Origin: Dehalococcoidia bacterium
GTDB taxonomy: Bacteria > Chloroflexota > Dehalococcoidia > Bin125
Direction: 5' to 3'
Assembly (NCBI GenBank): GCA_963555985.3
Contig: OY820591.1
Coordinates: 2,656,001 to 2,720,000 of the forward strand
DNA: 64,000 bases
This document shows positions 56,423-64,000 of the stretch, piece by piece. The stretch's first letter is position 1; each line of letters starts with the position of its first letter. The notes beneath the pieces were generated by a model that saw only the letters and a program-made list of their open reading frames with translations, did not search any database and was not told the origin of the DNA. The translations under genes were made by a program, and so were the position numbers.

Positions 56423-56884
56423 ATGCCCGACAAACCCAGCACGCTCAGCGCGATCGACGAGGCCAAAGCCACGCTCGATCAACGCCTTGACCGAATCGAC
56501 GAAGCCCACGGCTCCTGGGAAGGCGCTGTCGGCGACTGGTCGGTCGCCCAGCTGCTCCAGCACATGCACGGCTGGCTCACCGAAATGACCGCCGCCGTCG
56601 AGCGCATGGCCCAGGGTCAGCGTCCCACACCCGAGGGCGTGGACTATTCCGATCCCGAACAGTGGAACCCCAAGTTCGTCGCCGAACGCGGGGAACAGAC
56701 CTACGAGCAGGCCCGCAGCGCGCTGGTCGAAGCGCACGCCGGTTTTCGCGCCGCCGTCGCCCAGATCGACGCGGGACGCTTCGGCGAGGGCAAAACCATC
56801 AACCGCATGGTCGAAGGCGTCGTCACCCACCACTACGCCGAACACGCCGAAGACCTGGACGCCTATCTCGGCGGCGCGCACTAG
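56423..56884 (+). CDS. DinB / ClbS-DfsB-like four-helix bundle protein
   Basis: GDWSVAQLLQHM.GW...WN...HHYAEH. Confidence 0.8.
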   Translation: MPDKPSTLSAIDEAKATLDQRLDRIDEAHGSWEGAVGDWSVAQLLQHMHGWLTEMTAAVERMAQGQRPTPEGVDYSDPEQWNPKFVAERGEQTYEQARSALVEAHAGFRAAVAQIDAGRFGEGKTINRMVEGVVTHHYAEHAEDLDAYLGGAH

Positions 56885-56955
56885 CCCCACACTGGCCGGC
56901 GGGCGATAATCGAGCCAAACACGAGCCACCCGTATCTCAGCGAAAGCGGCCGCGC

Positions 56956-57426
56956 ATGTCCGATGACGAAAGCCTGATCACTCCGGCAATGGAAGCCGCC
57001 ATCGGCTCCGAAGGCGAGCCGGTCGAGGACACGATCGACCGCGAGCGCGTCCGCCGCCTCATGCTCGCCCTCGACGAGGACGACGCCGAGTTGATGGACG
57101 CGATCGAACGCAACGACACCTCCTACCCAATCCCGACCTACGCGCTGCTCACCACCAGCACCCGCCAGCAGCAACTCTCCGTGCCCGACACGCCCGAGCG
57201 CGCCCTCATGGCCGCCGACGCCTGGCAGGTCTCCGCCCCGATCTACCTCGGCGACACCATGACCATCGTCCCCCGCGTCGCCGACATCCAGGAGCGCATC
57301 GGCGGCCGCGTCGGACACTCGCTCTTCGTCCACCACGAGTGGGTCTACACCAACCAGCGCGGCGAGGAAGTCGCCCGCGTCCGCCGCACCGTCACCCACT
57401 TCCAGCAGCGCCACACGGGAGAGTAA
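56956..57426 (+). CDS. MaoC/FAS1-like hot-dog fold dehydratase subunit
   Basis: AAIG.E......IDRERVRR....L; W....PIYLGDT; V......NQRGEEVA. Confidence 0.75.
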   Translation: MSDDESLITPAMEAAIGSEGEPVEDTIDRERVRRLMLALDEDDAELMDAIERNDTSYPIPTYALLTTSTRQQQLSVPDTPERALMAADAWQVSAPIYLGDTMTIVPRVADIQERIGGRVGHSLFVHHEWVYTNQRGEEVARVRRTVTHFQQRHTGE

Positions 57427-57432
57427 CCCGCA

Positions 57433-57481
57433 CCGTCATTCCCGCGCCCGTTTCCGTCATTCCCGCGCAAGCGGGAATCTC
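57433..57481 (+). repeat. CGTC-type (dRS3-like) REP palindrome
   Basis: CGTCATTCCCGCG half-site followed by CGTCATTCCCGCGCAAGCGGGAATC (ATTCCC-N8-GGGAAT). Confidence 0.8.
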
Positions 57482-57494
57482 GATTGGATCCAAC

Positions 57495-57911
57495 ATGACG
57501 CTCAACTACGAAGACCTCAACGAAGGCGACGCGCTCCCCAACGAGCAACGCACCCCCAGCACCGAGCAGGTCGTCAGCTTCTGCAACGCCACCGGCAACG
57601 CCGGCCCCCAGTTCCTCGACGCCAACTTCGCCAAAGAGCGCATGGGCCTGCCCGGCCCGATCATCCCCGGCAACATGAAGCAGGGCTTCCTCGATCAATA
57701 CCTGCGCCGTCAGTTCGGCTCGCACCTGATCGCCCGCCTCCAACTCAATCACCGCCGCCCCGACCTGCACAACGTCGAAATGACCATCGGCGGCGAGGTC
57801 ACCAAGCTGCGCGAAGAGGACGGCCAACACTTCGCCGACCTCGAAATCCACATCGACAACCCCCAGGGCGAGCGCTCCGTACGCGGCGCAGCCACGATCG
57901 CCTTCGACTAG
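57495..57911 (+). CDS. MaoC-like dehydratase
   Basis: YEDLNEGDALP, FAKERMGLPGPIIPGN, GEVTKL, NPQGE....GAATI. Confidence 0.8.
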   Translation: MTLNYEDLNEGDALPNEQRTPSTEQVVSFCNATGNAGPQFLDANFAKERMGLPGPIIPGNMKQGFLDQYLRRQFGSHLIARLQLNHRRPDLHNVEMTIGGEVTKLREEDGQHFADLEIHIDNPQGERSVRGAATIAFD

Positions 57912-57923
57912 CCGCAGGCCTGC

Positions 57924-58352
57924 ATGACCGTCCCGCCCCTCCGCGACCTCCCCAATCTCTCCGCAGGCGACCCCCTGCCCGAACGCCGGATCGCCCCCGG
58001 CATCATGGACGTCGCCCGCTTCATCGGCGGCTCCGGCTACGCCATCGGCATCTTCATCGACCCCGTCGCCGCCCGAGACCACGGACTCGAAGGCCCGCTC
58101 ATCCCAGCCGAATTCAAGTCGGCCTTCCTGCTCAAGTACCTGCGAGACCTCGCCGGCCCAGGCGGAACCGTGCTCAAGCTCCAAAGCGCCTTCCGCCGCC
58201 CCGACTACCACGGCAACCCAATCACCATCGCCGGCGAAATCATCCAAATCACCCCCACCGACGCCGGCGCCGAATACCAACTCGCCCTCCGCATCATCCA
58301 AGCCAACGGAGACCAAAGCGTCCGCAGCAGCGCAACGATCCTCGTTGCGTAA
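57924..58352 (+). CDS. MaoC-like dehydratase
   Basis: GDPLPE, IFIDPVAARDHGLEGPLIP, FRRPDY.G..IT..G; paralog of the preceding gene. Confidence 0.78.
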   Translation: MTVPPLRDLPNLSAGDPLPERRIAPGIMDVARFIGGSGYAIGIFIDPVAARDHGLEGPLIPAEFKSAFLLKYLRDLAGPGGTVLKLQSAFRRPDYHGNPITIAGEIIQITPTDAGAEYQLALRIIQANGDQSVRSSATILVA

Positions 58353-58384
58353 GGCTGCTCTGAGCCTCTCCTTCTCCACCGCGG

Positions 58385-58600
58385 AGCCTGTCCCCTCGTA
58401 GGGAGACCTGTGCAAAATCCCCAATTCCGTCATTCCTGCGCAGGCAGGAATCTCGAAGCAACCAAGAGTGAAACCACTCCCAATCTGGTCGTACCACCGA
58501 CCTCACATCATGCGATCCGCTCCTCCGAGGCATCAGTCGCACGAGGCGGACTTTGCCCCGCAGGAATGACGGAAACAGCCCAACCAGTGAGAGTGGTCTC
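58385..58600 (+). mobile_element. MITE-like/REP composite related to 48977-49113
   Basis: CCTGTCCCCTCG|TAGGGAGACCTGTGCAAAATCCCC, internal CGTCATTCCTGCGCAGGCAGGAATC and CAGGAATGACGG, ends in GGTCTC. Confidence 0.55.
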
Positions 58601-58629
58601 AGCAGGACCCCGGGATGCAATCCCAGACC

Positions 58630-59988
58630 CTACGCCCCGCTCACAGTCATCCGCGACATCCGCAGCGTCGGCGCGGACGTCGCCCCGAACCACTGCGCGT
58701 CGTTCCCAACCGCGTCAATACTCCCGAACATCTCCAACAGATTGCCCGAGATGTTGATCTCCATCACCGGCTCCGCCAGTTCGCCCTTGCGAATCCAGAT
58801 GCCCGCCGCCCCCCGCGAGAAGTCGCCGGTCGTGAAGTTGATCCCAAAGCCCATCAGCGTCGTCAGGTACAGCCCGTCTTCGACCTCGCCGATGATCTCC
58901 TCCGGCGCAGTCTCGCCCGCCTCGATCGAGAGGTTGCCGCTGCCGATCTGCGGCAGCCCGCCCACTCCGCGCCAGGCCGAGCCGGTGCTCGCCGCATCAA
59001 GCCGACGCGCGTTGTAAGAATCGAACAGGAACCCCGCAAAGACGCCATCCTCGATCAGCGGATTGCGCCGCGTCGCAATCCCCTCACCGTCGAACGGGCG
59101 CGAACCGAGCCGTCCGCCCAGCGTGCCGTCGTCAACGATCGTGAGCAGCGGCGACGCAATCGCCTCGCCCTCGCGCCCGGCGAGGAAGGTAGCCCGCCGA
59201 TACAACGCCTCGCCGCTGGCTGCGCCCGAGACGATCCCGGCCAGTCCCGCCGCCATCCGCGGCTCCCAGACCACCGGAACCTCACAGGTGCTGGCCTTCG
59301 ACGCTCCCAGTTGGCGCAGCGCGCGGGCCGCCGCCTCACGGCCAACGTCTTCGGGCGCTTCCAGACGATGCAGTTGCCGAGCGGAAGTCTGCCAACCTGC
59401 GTTACGCAGCTGACCGTCCTCCTCCTGCGCCATCACCTCAACCCACATCGAAGCAGACGTGCTCGTATACGCGCCGGCGAAGCCGTTCGAGTCGACCAGC
59501 GCGAACGTGCTCACCCGCGTGCCAAAGGCCGCGCCGCCGCTGTTGCCGATCCGCTCGTCGGCGTCAAGCGCGGCCTGCTCGCAAGCCAATGCGCGCTCGC
59601 GCCGCTCGTCGCCGTCCACGACCGGAACCGCTTCGTCGAAGAGTCCGAGCTGTGGGGCGGTACGAGCCTGCTGCTTAGGATCTGCGAGACCGGCGTAGGG
59701 ATCGGGTTCCGAAACCCGCGCGAGTTCCAGCGCTGTCTGCACCGTCTCGGAGAGCGCTGCGTCGGTCACGTCGCTAGTGGAGACGACGGCCTGGCGGCCG
59801 CCGACGATCACGCGCAATCCCACCGCGCGCGAAGTGGACTCCGAGACCTTCTCAACCTCTTGCAGACGCACGGTGGTCGAGGAATCGGTGGATGAGACCG
59901 AGACCGCGTCGGCCTGTTCGGCTCCGGCCTCCTTGGCCAGTTCGATCAAACGGCCCGCTAGCTCGAGTGGTTCGACTGCGAGGGTCAT
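58630..59988 (-). CDS. pmbA: TldE/PmbA family protein
   Basis: GSRPFDGEGI, STGSA, TTGDFSRG..G.WI..GE, ISGNL.EM; no HExxH; directly after tldD. Confidence 0.92.
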   Translation of the reverse strand: MTLAVEPLELAGRLIELAKEAGAEQADAVSVSSTDSSTTVRLQEVEKVSESTSRAVGLRVIVGGRQAVVSTSDVTDAALSETVQTALELARVSEPDPYAGLADPKQQARTAPQLGLFDEAVPVVDGDERRERALACEQAALDADERIGNSGGAAFGTRVSTFALVDSNGFAGAYTSTSASMWVEVMAQEEDGQLRNAGWQTSARQLHRLEAPEDVGREAAARALRQLGASKASTCEVPVVWEPRMAAGLAGIVSGAASGEALYRRATFLAGREGEAIASPLLTIVDDGTLGGRLGSRPFDGEGIATRRNPLIEDGVFAGFLFDSYNARRLDAASTGSAWRGVGGLPQIGSGNLSIEAGETAPEEIIGEVEDGLYLTTLMGFGINFTTGDFSRGAAGIWIRKGELAEPVMEINISGNLLEMFGSIDAVGNDAQWFGATSAPTLRMSRMTVSGA

Positions 59989-61454
59989 CAAGCGCTCATT
60001 CCACCGCCGGGACGCATCTGCGTGCCGCCAACCGTGATCCCCGAGACCAGTACTGTCGGAATGCCCACACCCACAGGCACCGCCTGGCCCGACTTGCCGC
60101 AGGTCCAGCGTCCGTCGCTCATCTCCAGATCGTGTCCGACGCCGGTGACCTTGCTCAGCACATCGGGGCCGTTGCCGATCAGGTTCACATCCCGAATCGG
60201 CGCGGTGATCGCCCCATCCTCAATCAGATAGCCCTCCGTCACCGAGAACACGAAATCGCCGTTGGAGATGTTGACCTGCCCGCCCGAGAAGGCCTTGCAG
60301 TAGATCCCGAACGGGACCGAGCGAATCAGGTCTTCGGGATCATCCTGGCCCGCAGTCATGTAGGTGTTAGTCATGCGCGGCATCGGCACATGGCGGAAGG
60401 ACTGCCGGCGTCCGTTGCCGGACGGAGTCACACCGAAATGCTCGGAGGAGATGCGATCCTGCATGTAGGCAGCCAGAGTTCCGCCCTCGATCAAGAGATT
60501 GCTACCCGCCGGATTGCCTTCATCATCCACATTGACCGACCCGCGCGAGCGATCCAGCGTGGCATCGTCCATCACCGTGACCAACTCCGATGCAACCGCT
60601 TGTCCGATCCGGTTGGAGTAGTTGCTGGTCTCTTTGCGATTGAAGTCAGCCTCCAGGCCGTGACCCACCGCCTCGTGCAACAGGATTCCCGAATCACCCG
60701 CAGCCAGCACGACCGGGAATGTCCCCGCCGGCGCCTCCCGCGCCGACTGTTGCAGCACGGCCTGCTGCGCGGCTTCCTCAGCCAGCGATTCGGGGCTGTG
60801 CGAGTCGAAGTAGACCATGCCCATCCGTCCGCCGCCGCCCCAGCGGGCGGTGCGGCGCTCGCCGTCGAGTTCGGAGAGGCAGGTGACGTTGAAGCGCAGC
60901 AGCGGCTGGTAGTCCGCGACCATCCGCCCGTCGCTGCGCACGATCAGGACGCGCTTCTCCTCGTCCACCATGGAGGCGTCCACGCGGGCGATGCTCGGAT
61001 GCCAGGCGCGGGCGGCAGCGTCGGCGCGGCGCAGGAGCGCCACTTTCTCGGAGAGCGGCGTGGATGTACTCGGTGTGGCGATCGCGTAGCGGTCTGCCGG
61101 ATACGACTCGGCGGTCACGTCGACCGGCTCGGTCTCGCTCGTGCCGTGCGCGATTTGCGCGGCGGTGGCGGCGGCGCGGCGCATCGCATCGAGCGACAGG
61201 TCCTCGGTGTAGGCATAGCCGACCGCGTCCCCCTCGACTACGCGAACGCCGACGCCCTGCGAGAGCGACGCTTCGGTCGAAGCGACGCGCTCGTCCTCGA
61301 AGCTGAGCGAACCGGAGCGTTTGTGCTCGAAGTAGAGTTCGGCGAACGTGCCGCCGCGAGAGAGCGCCGAACTGAGCACGGTCTCTGCGGCGGCTTCATC
61401 CACGCCCAGTTGCGCAGCGTAGAAGGCCATCACTTCGGCTGGTGTATCACTCAT
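59988..61454 (-). CDS. tldD: TldD metalloprotease
   Basis: GILLHEAVGHGLEADFNRK, DDEG, GNGRRQSF...PMPRMTNTYM, CGKSGQ.VPV. Confidence 0.95.
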   Translation of the reverse strand: MSDTPAEVMAFYAAQLGVDEAAAETVLSSALSRGGTFAELYFEHKRSGSLSFEDERVASTEASLSQGVGVRVVEGDAVGYAYTEDLSLDAMRRAAATAAQIAHGTSETEPVDVTAESYPADRYAIATPSTSTPLSEKVALLRRADAAARAWHPSIARVDASMVDEEKRVLIVRSDGRMVADYQPLLRFNVTCLSELDGERRTARWGGGGRMGMVYFDSHSPESLAEEAAQQAVLQQSAREAPAGTFPVVLAAGDSGILLHEAVGHGLEADFNRKETSNYSNRIGQAVASELVTVMDDATLDRSRGSVNVDDEGNPAGSNLLIEGGTLAAYMQDRISSEHFGVTPSGNGRRQSFRHVPMPRMTNTYMTAGQDDPEDLIRSVPFGIYCKAFSGGQVNISNGDFVFSVTEGYLIEDGAITAPIRDVNLIGNGPDVLSKVTGVGHDLEMSDGRWTCGKSGQAVPVGVGIPTVLVSGITVGGTQMRPGGGMSA

Positions 61455-61466
61455 CGCGCCCGCCTC

Positions 61467-62675
61467 TCAGGAATTCCCCGTACCGTTCAACGCTTCGGGC
61501 GTCGCGCCGGCGGCGCGCAGCGCCGCGATCTGTTCATCGCTATAGCCGCATTCCGAGAGGATCGCATCGGCGTCAGCGTTGAGTTCGGGCGCGCGCCCCT
61601 GGACGGCGCCCGGTGTCTTCGAGAAACGCCAGGGCAGGCCAGTGACCTGGCGTGTGCCATAGCGCTCGTCCGGAATCTCGACCAGGTAGCCGTTCTGCCA
61701 GACCTGCTCCGAGGACTGCACATCGCCGTAGTCGTTGACCGGCGCGGAGGGAATGTCGGCCTCACGCAGACGGCGCAGCCACTCGGCACGATCGGCGGTA
61801 GCGAAACCGTCTTCGAGCAATGCTTCCAGCTCGTCGCTGTGATGCAAACGCGCAGGCGCGGTGGAGAAACGCTCGTCGGTCTCCCACTCCGGGTGATCCA
61901 TCAGCTTGCAGAGCGCATGCCAGTTCTTCGCGTCCACGACGCCGATCACGAGCCAGTGCCCGTCGGAGGTCTGGTAGAAGGTGAAGGTCGGCATTCGCCG
62001 CCGGCGCATGTGCGGCATCTGGCCGCTCTTGAGAAAACCGGTCAGATACGCGGCTTGCAATGCCAACTGCGAACCCAGCAGCGACACGTCAACGTGCTGG
62101 CCCTCGCCCGAGTCGTTGCGCGCCACCAGCCCGGCCAGCATCGCCACACAGGCCTGCATCGCGCCAACCTGATCGGCGAAACCGCCCGGCAGCGTGCGCG
62201 GCTCCTCGGATTCACCGAGCGCCTGGAGCGACATTACGCCGCCGGTAGCTTGTCCGATCACGTCGTAGCCCGGCTCACCGGCCTGCGGCCCGATCGAGCC
62301 GAAGGCGGAGGCCGAGACCATCACCAGCCGGGGGTTCCGCTCCCGCAGCGTCTCGTAACCGATGCCCAGGCGCTCCATCACGCCGGGGCGGTAGTTCTCG
62401 ATCACGCCGTCTACCTGCTCGGCCATGCGCAGTACCGCCTCTTGAGCCTCTGCCTTGCGCAGGTTGAGGACAATCGAGCGTTTGCCGCGATCATGCGCTT
62501 CGAAGTAGCTCGAAAACCCGTCGCCGCCGAGGTCGGACTGACGGCCGGGATCGCCGCCCGGCGGTTCGACCTTCCAGATCTCCGCGCCGAGATCGGACAG
62601 CATCACCGTCGCCGCCGGCCCTTGCTGATAGCGGGTGAAGTCGAGAATTCGATAGCCTGCCAGCGGTCCCTGCAT
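61467..62675 (-). CDS. CoA-transferase family III (CaiB/BaiF)
   Basis: [46 protein letters not shown]...QA. Confidence 0.95.
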   Translation of the reverse strand: MQGPLAGYRILDFTRYQQGPAATVMLSDLGAEIWKVEPPGGDPGRQSDLGGDGFSSYFEAHDRGKRSIVLNLRKAEAQEAVLRMAEQVDGVIENYRPGVMERLGIGYETLRERNPRLVMVSASAFGSIGPQAGEPGYDVIGQATGGVMSLQALGESEEPRTLPGGFADQVGAMQACVAMLAGLVARNDSGEGQHVDVSLLGSQLALQAAYLTGFLKSGQMPHMRRRRMPTFTFYQTSDGHWLVIGVVDAKNWHALCKLMDHPEWETDERFSTAPARLHHSDELEALLEDGFATADRAEWLRRLREADIPSAPVNDYGDVQSSEQVWQNGYLVEIPDERYGTRQVTGLPWRFSKTPGAVQGRAPELNADADAILSECGYSDEQIAALRAAGATPEALNGTGNS

Positions 62676-62716
62676 CTCCGCTCCCTGCCAACGCGCGTTT
62701 GTCAGAGGATACCCCC

Positions 62717-62977
62717 GTGCCTCCGCGTCTACGCCTGAGCCGTGAAGAGTCCGCGCAACTTGGCGCGTTGCTCGCGTTCGTGGACGAACGCCGGGCGCAG
62801 TTCCCTTCCGAGGCTGACGGTCCCGAGCAGGCGGGCTGGGTCGCTCGCGTCTATGCCGACGACGCCGATTCGCTCAGCGTCAATCTGATCACGCTGCTGC
62901 TGTTTGAGCATGGGCTGCATCGGTCGGTAGCGCAGGTGTCGGAGGATCTCAGAGTCTATGCAGAGCGCAACGGATAG
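62717..62977 (+). CDS. Small hypothetical protein
   Basis: GTG after GAGGA; fills the gap divergent from the CoA transferase; helical composition. Confidence 0.5.
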   Translation: MPPRLRLSREESAQLGALLAFVDERRAQFPSEADGPEQAGWVARVYADDADSLSVNLITLLLFEHGLHRSVAQVSEDLRVYAERNG

Positions 62978-63042
62978 CCGGTGACTGCGCAGCCGTTATG
63001 CTGCGCTGAGCAGACCACTTCTTCCTGAAAGGAATCTCCGAC

Positions 63043-63435
63043 ATGGCCCTGGACGCAGCCGACACCGTGGAAATCCTGCAACTTGCCGCCCGCTACAACC
63101 ACGCGATTGACTACGGCGACCCGGAAGCCTGGGCGGGCACCTTTGCCGAGGACGGCGTCTTCAACGGCGGGCCGAGCCCGGTCAGCGGACACGAAGCGCT
63201 GGCTCAGTTCGCGGCTGGATTCGGCACCAACATGGCCGGCGCGCGGCACTGGACCAACAACCACATCGTCGACGGCGACGGCGACGAGGCCACGCACAGC
63301 TGCTACCTGAACCTGATCCAGACCAAGGACAGCGCCAACAGCGTGATCACCGGTCTCTACACCGACACGTTGAAGAAGATCGACGGTCAGTGGCGCTTCA
63401 CCAGCCGCACGGTCACACCGGACGCCGCGGGCTAA
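63043..63435 (+). CDS. SnoaL-like / NTF2-family protein
   Basis: D..EI.QL.ARY..AID.GD..AWA..F.EDG, RH...N, G.Y.D.L....GQWRF..R. Confidence 0.9.
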   Translation: MALDAADTVEILQLAARYNHAIDYGDPEAWAGTFAEDGVFNGGPSPVSGHEALAQFAAGFGTNMAGARHWTNNHIVDGDGDEATHSCYLNLIQTKDSANSVITGLYTDTLKKIDGQWRFTSRTVTPDAAG

Positions 63436-63464
63436 CACCGCCCTCGAAGCGGCGAGACACGACA

Positions 63465-63500
63465 GCGCCCCCGCGCCGGTCAATCGGCGGCGGGGGCGCG
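63465..63500. terminator. Hairpin between convergent genes
   Basis: GCGCCCCCGC...GCGGGGGCGC inverted repeat. Confidence 0.5.
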
Positions 63501-63536
63501 TTGCGTCAACGATGGGCGCGCAAGCGCGCCTTGGCG

Positions 63537-64000
63537 TTACTCCTCCATCATGTCCTCGCCGCCGCCAGCGGCGCCCTCGGTCTCCATCAGGTCGTCTTCG
63601 CCAGCTCCGGCTTCGGTTTCCATCAGGCCATCTTCTGTGCCTGTGGTCGTCTCGGTAGTTTCCGTCACCGTGACGCTGGTCTCGGCCGTGGAAACGCTCG
63701 TGTCCGGCACATCAACAGCAGCGTTGTAACCGACCGGGACCAGGATCTCCTGGCCTTCGTAGATCAGGTTGGGGTCGGCGATGCCGTTGAGCACCTGGAT
63801 CGCTTCGACGCTCGTGCCGTTGGCGTTGGCGATGCCGTCGAGACTGTCGCCGGCGACGATGACCATCTGCACGGTGTTGGCCCAGTTCGCCAGCTCGGCC
63901 GGCGCGCCGTCAGCGGGAGTCAGCGTCACCGCCGTCGTGAACGAGGTCGTGCTGCTGCCGCTGTCGCCGGACTCGGTTCCGGTCACAGCCGCTTCAACCG
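63537..64000 (-). CDS. LysM domain protein (5' end outside window)
   Basis: IVAGDSLDGIANANGTSVEAIQVLNGIADPNLIYEGQEILVP LysM; Thr/Glu-rich tail. Confidence 0.85.
   Translation of the reverse strand, partial: VEAAVTGTESGDSGSSTTSFTTAVTLTPADGAPAELANWANTVQMVIVAGDSLDGIANANGTSVEAIQVLNGIADPNLIYEGQEILVPVGYNAAVDVPDTSVSTAETSVTVTETTETTTGTEDGLMETEAGAGEDDLMETEGAAGGGEDMMEE

Noticed and set aside
58630-61454. tldD/pmbA as part of a RiPP cluster
   Set aside because: No precursor, YcaO or radical SAM gene nearby; an ordinary housekeeping pair.
1-64000. rRNA, tRNA (including tRNA-Sec), integrase, transposase or prophage genes
   Set aside because: None recognised by eye; a covariance-model scan would be needed to exclude small RNAs.

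Overview
GC-rich bacterial chromosomal segment, most likely Chloroflexota/Dehalococcoidia (SAR202-like, possibly a sponge symbiont). That assignment is inferred from the Tat-lipoprotein SBPs with poly-D/Q linkers, the expanded LLM, D-aminoacylase and MaoC families, and the many Uma2 and TA cassettes. Core genes: scattered leuA, leuC, leuB and leuD, gyrA, tldD-pmbA. Catabolic genes: three D-aminoacylase-type amidohydrolases, two type-B carboxylesterases, a partial peptide-type ABC system, a single-chain acyl-CoA carboxylase, and a Rieske / GPP34-P450 fusion / MMPL cluster. Defence and TA genes: a type III R-M system and many toxin-antitoxin-like cassettes wedged between metabolic genes. No rRNA, tRNA, CRISPR or transposase gene was recognised. 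The most striking observation is two tandem small genes (31569-32091, minus strand) ending CCGxYGxPGC-TGA. In both, the reading frame continues for exactly 14 more codons, the first 10 with only synonymous changes, across a SECIS-like hairpin. These are candidate Cys-Sec selenoproteins. Also notable: nested REP/MITE-like elements inserted at the centre of palindromes, a dispersed CTGAAC-repeat element, and an uncharacterised two-gene cassette bracketed by a duplicated leuC 3' end. All family assignments come from motif recognition by eye; no searches were run.
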